Source of the DNA: Veleropilina oligotropha
Taxonomy: Eukaryota
Direction: 5' to 3'
Length of the DNA stretch: 64,000 bases
Assembly: GCA_048128005.1 (NCBI GenBank)
Contig: JBEUKZ010000070.1
Span: 186,001 to 250,000 of the forward strand
Positions 62,901 through 64,000 of the stretch are shown here, piece after piece. Below the pieces are notes generated by a model. The model was not told the DNA's origin. It made no database searches and saw nothing but the letters and a program-made list of their open reading frames with translations. Numbering within the stretch: the first letter of the stretch is position 1; the number at the start of each line of letters is the position of its first letter. A program made the position numbers and the translations under genes.

Positions 62901-63839
62901 GAGGCCGTAGACGACTGCAGTGACCGGGTAGGCGTTGTCGTAGTAGACTTTGTCGACCCCAGTGATAGCACCCGGCTTAGTGTCCTGAGAGATCTCAAAG
63001 ACACCCTGGCCCTTCTTTCTCGCAGCCTTCACCGGGTCAAACTTGTCTTCGACCACCCAGTCGCCTTCACTCCACTCACGCAATAACTTTATTCTAAGGA
63101 CATACTCGCCCTTTGGAAGGGCTGTGAGGAGCTGTGCCGCCCTCGCATCTGTCATACGGGCATCCAGGGCCAGCCGGTCAGCTCTCGCTTCGATGCCGTG
63201 TTCGATCTTAATGTCCACTTCTACCCTCCATGTGGAGAAGGCCGCCGCGGCGCCATCGACCTCAAACTCCTCTTTGGCGTCGCTCAAGAGTTCCACCCAT
63301 GGCTCTTTTGCTGGGAGCCTTACGGGGGGAGGGACCTGGTCATCCAGGTCGATGAATGGTTGCCCCTCGGTTGTGGTAAACAGCCCTAGAAGATCCTTCT
63401 GGTAGTCCTGGGCTGTCCAGGGCTTTTTGGAGATGAGAAGATCGGGCCCCTTCCGAGCAATAGCCCGCGCAAGGGTCTCTTTCCGAGACCTAGTCAGACC
63501 GTGCAAGTATGGCTTGACGATTCGATCCGTGATGGCGCGAAGCGGCTTCTGTCGAATCCCGGGCGTTTTCTCAGCTTGGATTTCGTATTTACGAGCCTTC
63601 AGGGCGGCGTCGACCTCGTCCTTAAGCTGCCGCAATTCGCGAGCACGACGGCCTCTTTTGTGGGGGTTCTCCACATCTCCACGTATGGAGGGGAACCTTC
63701 CCATTTTCATCGCCCGCTCGAGTCTCCTCCGAAACTCCGCAGCACGGACCCTGGCGATTGCCCAGATGAGGTCGTGCTTCTTGAGCTTCGACCGAGCGGG
63801 AATCCCATAATCTTTCGCTAGATTGCGCAGGTCATCCAT
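59952..63839 (-). CDS. 1295-aa replicase: divergent family-B DNA polymerase core, SF1B helicase and HNH-type nuclease
   Basis: N-terminal HeH/Rho-N-like LRNLAKDYGIPARSKLKKHDLI. PolB-like motifs IDMKSCYP, SIIGKF, VATDSIY. Helicase GGGGCGKT, PTHRLA, TYHSFF, IIWDEV, YALTIHSSQGLTI, YLAVSR. C-terminal CAAC..SVDRVDNSRGHIRDNVRLTCLECN. Confidence 0.85.
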   Translation of the reverse strand: MDDLRNLAKDYGIPARSKLKKHDLIWAIARVRAAEFRRRLERAMKMGRFPSIRGDVENPHKRGRRARELRQLKDEVDAALKARKYEIQAEKTPGIRQKPLRAITDRIVKPYLHGLTRSRKETLARAIARKGPDLLISKKPWTAQDYQKDLLGLFTTTEGQPFIDLDDQVPPPVRLPAKEPWVELLSDAKEEFEVDGAAAAFSTWRVEVDIKIEHGIEARADRLALDARMTDARAAQLLTALPKGEYVLRIKLLREWSEGDWVVEDKFDPVKAARKKGQGVFEISQDTKPGAITGVDKVYYDNAYPVTAVVYGLYPLREPNPANLVPMKNGDLNCVAQRVIEHFEGALRGNGLTPTRLRQIQEWEERVHVTGATVDDISILEKILKRAIIVRDIAGEDIYNSGKYRGQGTHTFRNVELICHNGHAWSKELHFPQSREVHIYEGDVWEAIRQATHNEPLAVWLLGGGDRQLGVDQFVLRDGRTYRTKDDHERLQEACKALGNESLADRAFGVNHAASIMAKENNGWKPTPASLHDDIQKACVEHGHGGLWNSMGYDTRDVCCIDMKSCYPASFQGKGEAKPYFERFGHPLHRMTRVAINGPLPQEIGTGFAEVVEWEFAQEIHPAIPAWFGKHFAENGWAPTPLLVFLVESGLLKSLKIREAIIAFKKQTDVWLPPDRDQGCSIIGKFTQGAKADGKRLTRRLVTDQGELDFLVRDTRQSGTLVGAPQRCPLGHILTYYDSSQPQYAHLRASMLAYAHINLLSMLQRFTPDEAVRVATDSIYLKKASLEKLDDVKAYVAPKLCDCGEKSCISCLLGETYLPPVAPAQWRDKGEQLYMPQEHAAYLPKPEYTQSEKDLPPSTAPCYNDTLTHHRLSYLNGGGGCGKTTRAIELFRARNPTVFTPTHRLAKEMRTRGVKAQTYHSFFRWSGQTDWTPDRMGQKFIPCVIIWDEVCTVPRPILEMFLDWLGQHEVQVICCGQPPPITGEMPHDWLRRTADYYEEIEVDYRAKDDPALQALKRRIRLQPDKIQCEEMRKTLPSCLGWDRFVNTWRPGDLILTSRQKVREWAQQLLLQRHKEHFPDSLVPILYHPRDTHKQNIMVTIPGTDEREELVLNDVVEVTIDAAERAIQTTDWRLGYALTIHSSQGLTIHDPQRVWIIDDYLQWSNLAYLAVSRVEHLHQLERVTCPPDEGAEDRPPQTEQQVRKTIQKKLVAYKRQDQAKDLQGFNLKVDNILQLKDAQTNRCAACNIELLWAYAPKDTQQFSVDRVDNSRGHIRDNVRLTCLECNRKRGFAVVNA

Positions 63840-63887
63840 GTTGCATGGGGGGTATACGTCATACCGATCATTTCTCTAATATGCAAT

Positions 63888-63998
63888 TTACGCGTGGTAG
63901 ATTGCAGCCATGCGGAGAAACTCTTGCAGAAACTCTCTCTGGAAGGCCCTTTTCTTTCGCTGCCATTCCCTATCGTTCTCAAGCTTATACCCACAGCC
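63888..63998 (-). CDS. 3' end of the next viral ORF (partial)
   Basis: ..GCGYKLENDREWQRKKRAFQREFLQEFLRMAAIYHA*, open to the window edge. Confidence 0.4.
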   Translation of the reverse strand, partial: GCGYKLENDREWQRKKRAFQREFLQEFLRMAAIYHA

Positions 63999-64000
63999 CT

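Larger units (their letters stand above)
49802..64000. mobile_element. Endogenous Polinton/Maverick/adintovirus-like virus (right part beyond window)
   Basis: Abrupt switch to GC-rich, intron-free, tightly packed ORFs: putative MCP, penton, A32 ATPase, rve integrase and a PolB-helicase-HNH protein. The left boundary is approximate. Confidence 0.9.

Noticed and set aside
60013..63821. Plus-strand ORFs up to 379 aa opposite the replicase
   Set aside because: Antisense shadows of a GC-rich coding strand, with no recognizable motifs.
50000..64000. Bacterial or phage contamination as the source of the GC-rich block
   Set aside because: The gene set (rve integrase, A32 ATPase, Polinton-type penton) is that of eukaryotic Polinton-like elements, and it shows post-integration decay. 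A chimeric join still needs a long-read check.

Overview
Eukaryotic, AT-rich, repeat-dense genomic DNA. The repeat types suggest a marine invertebrate, probably a lophotrochozoan (inference). Bases 1-41,000 are mostly nested mobile DNA: a 38-bp satellite, several Helentron-type (HINE/DINE-1-like) elements with ~155-180-bp internal arrays, a decayed but structurally complete DIRS1-type retrotransposon (ITRs plus ICR), LINE and Penelope fragments, SINEs and MITEs. One host gene is present, NAA30 (minus strand, 4 coding exons, 47010-41400, 305 aa). Its second coding exon has its splice acceptor amplified as a 60-bp tandem array. From about 49,800 to the window end lies a visibly GC-rich, gene-dense, intron-free endogenous Polinton/adintovirus-like virus. 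It encodes putative major and minor capsid proteins, an A32-type packaging ATPase, a retroviral-type integrase, several membrane proteins and an intact 1295-aa replicase. That replicase fuses a divergent family-B polymerase core to an SF1B (RecD/Pif1-like) helicase and a C-terminal HNH-type nuclease. The element's left edge has a 112-bp near-perfect hairpin and G-rich repeats. The element runs off the right edge of the window. All calls come from reading motifs by eye; no searches were run.
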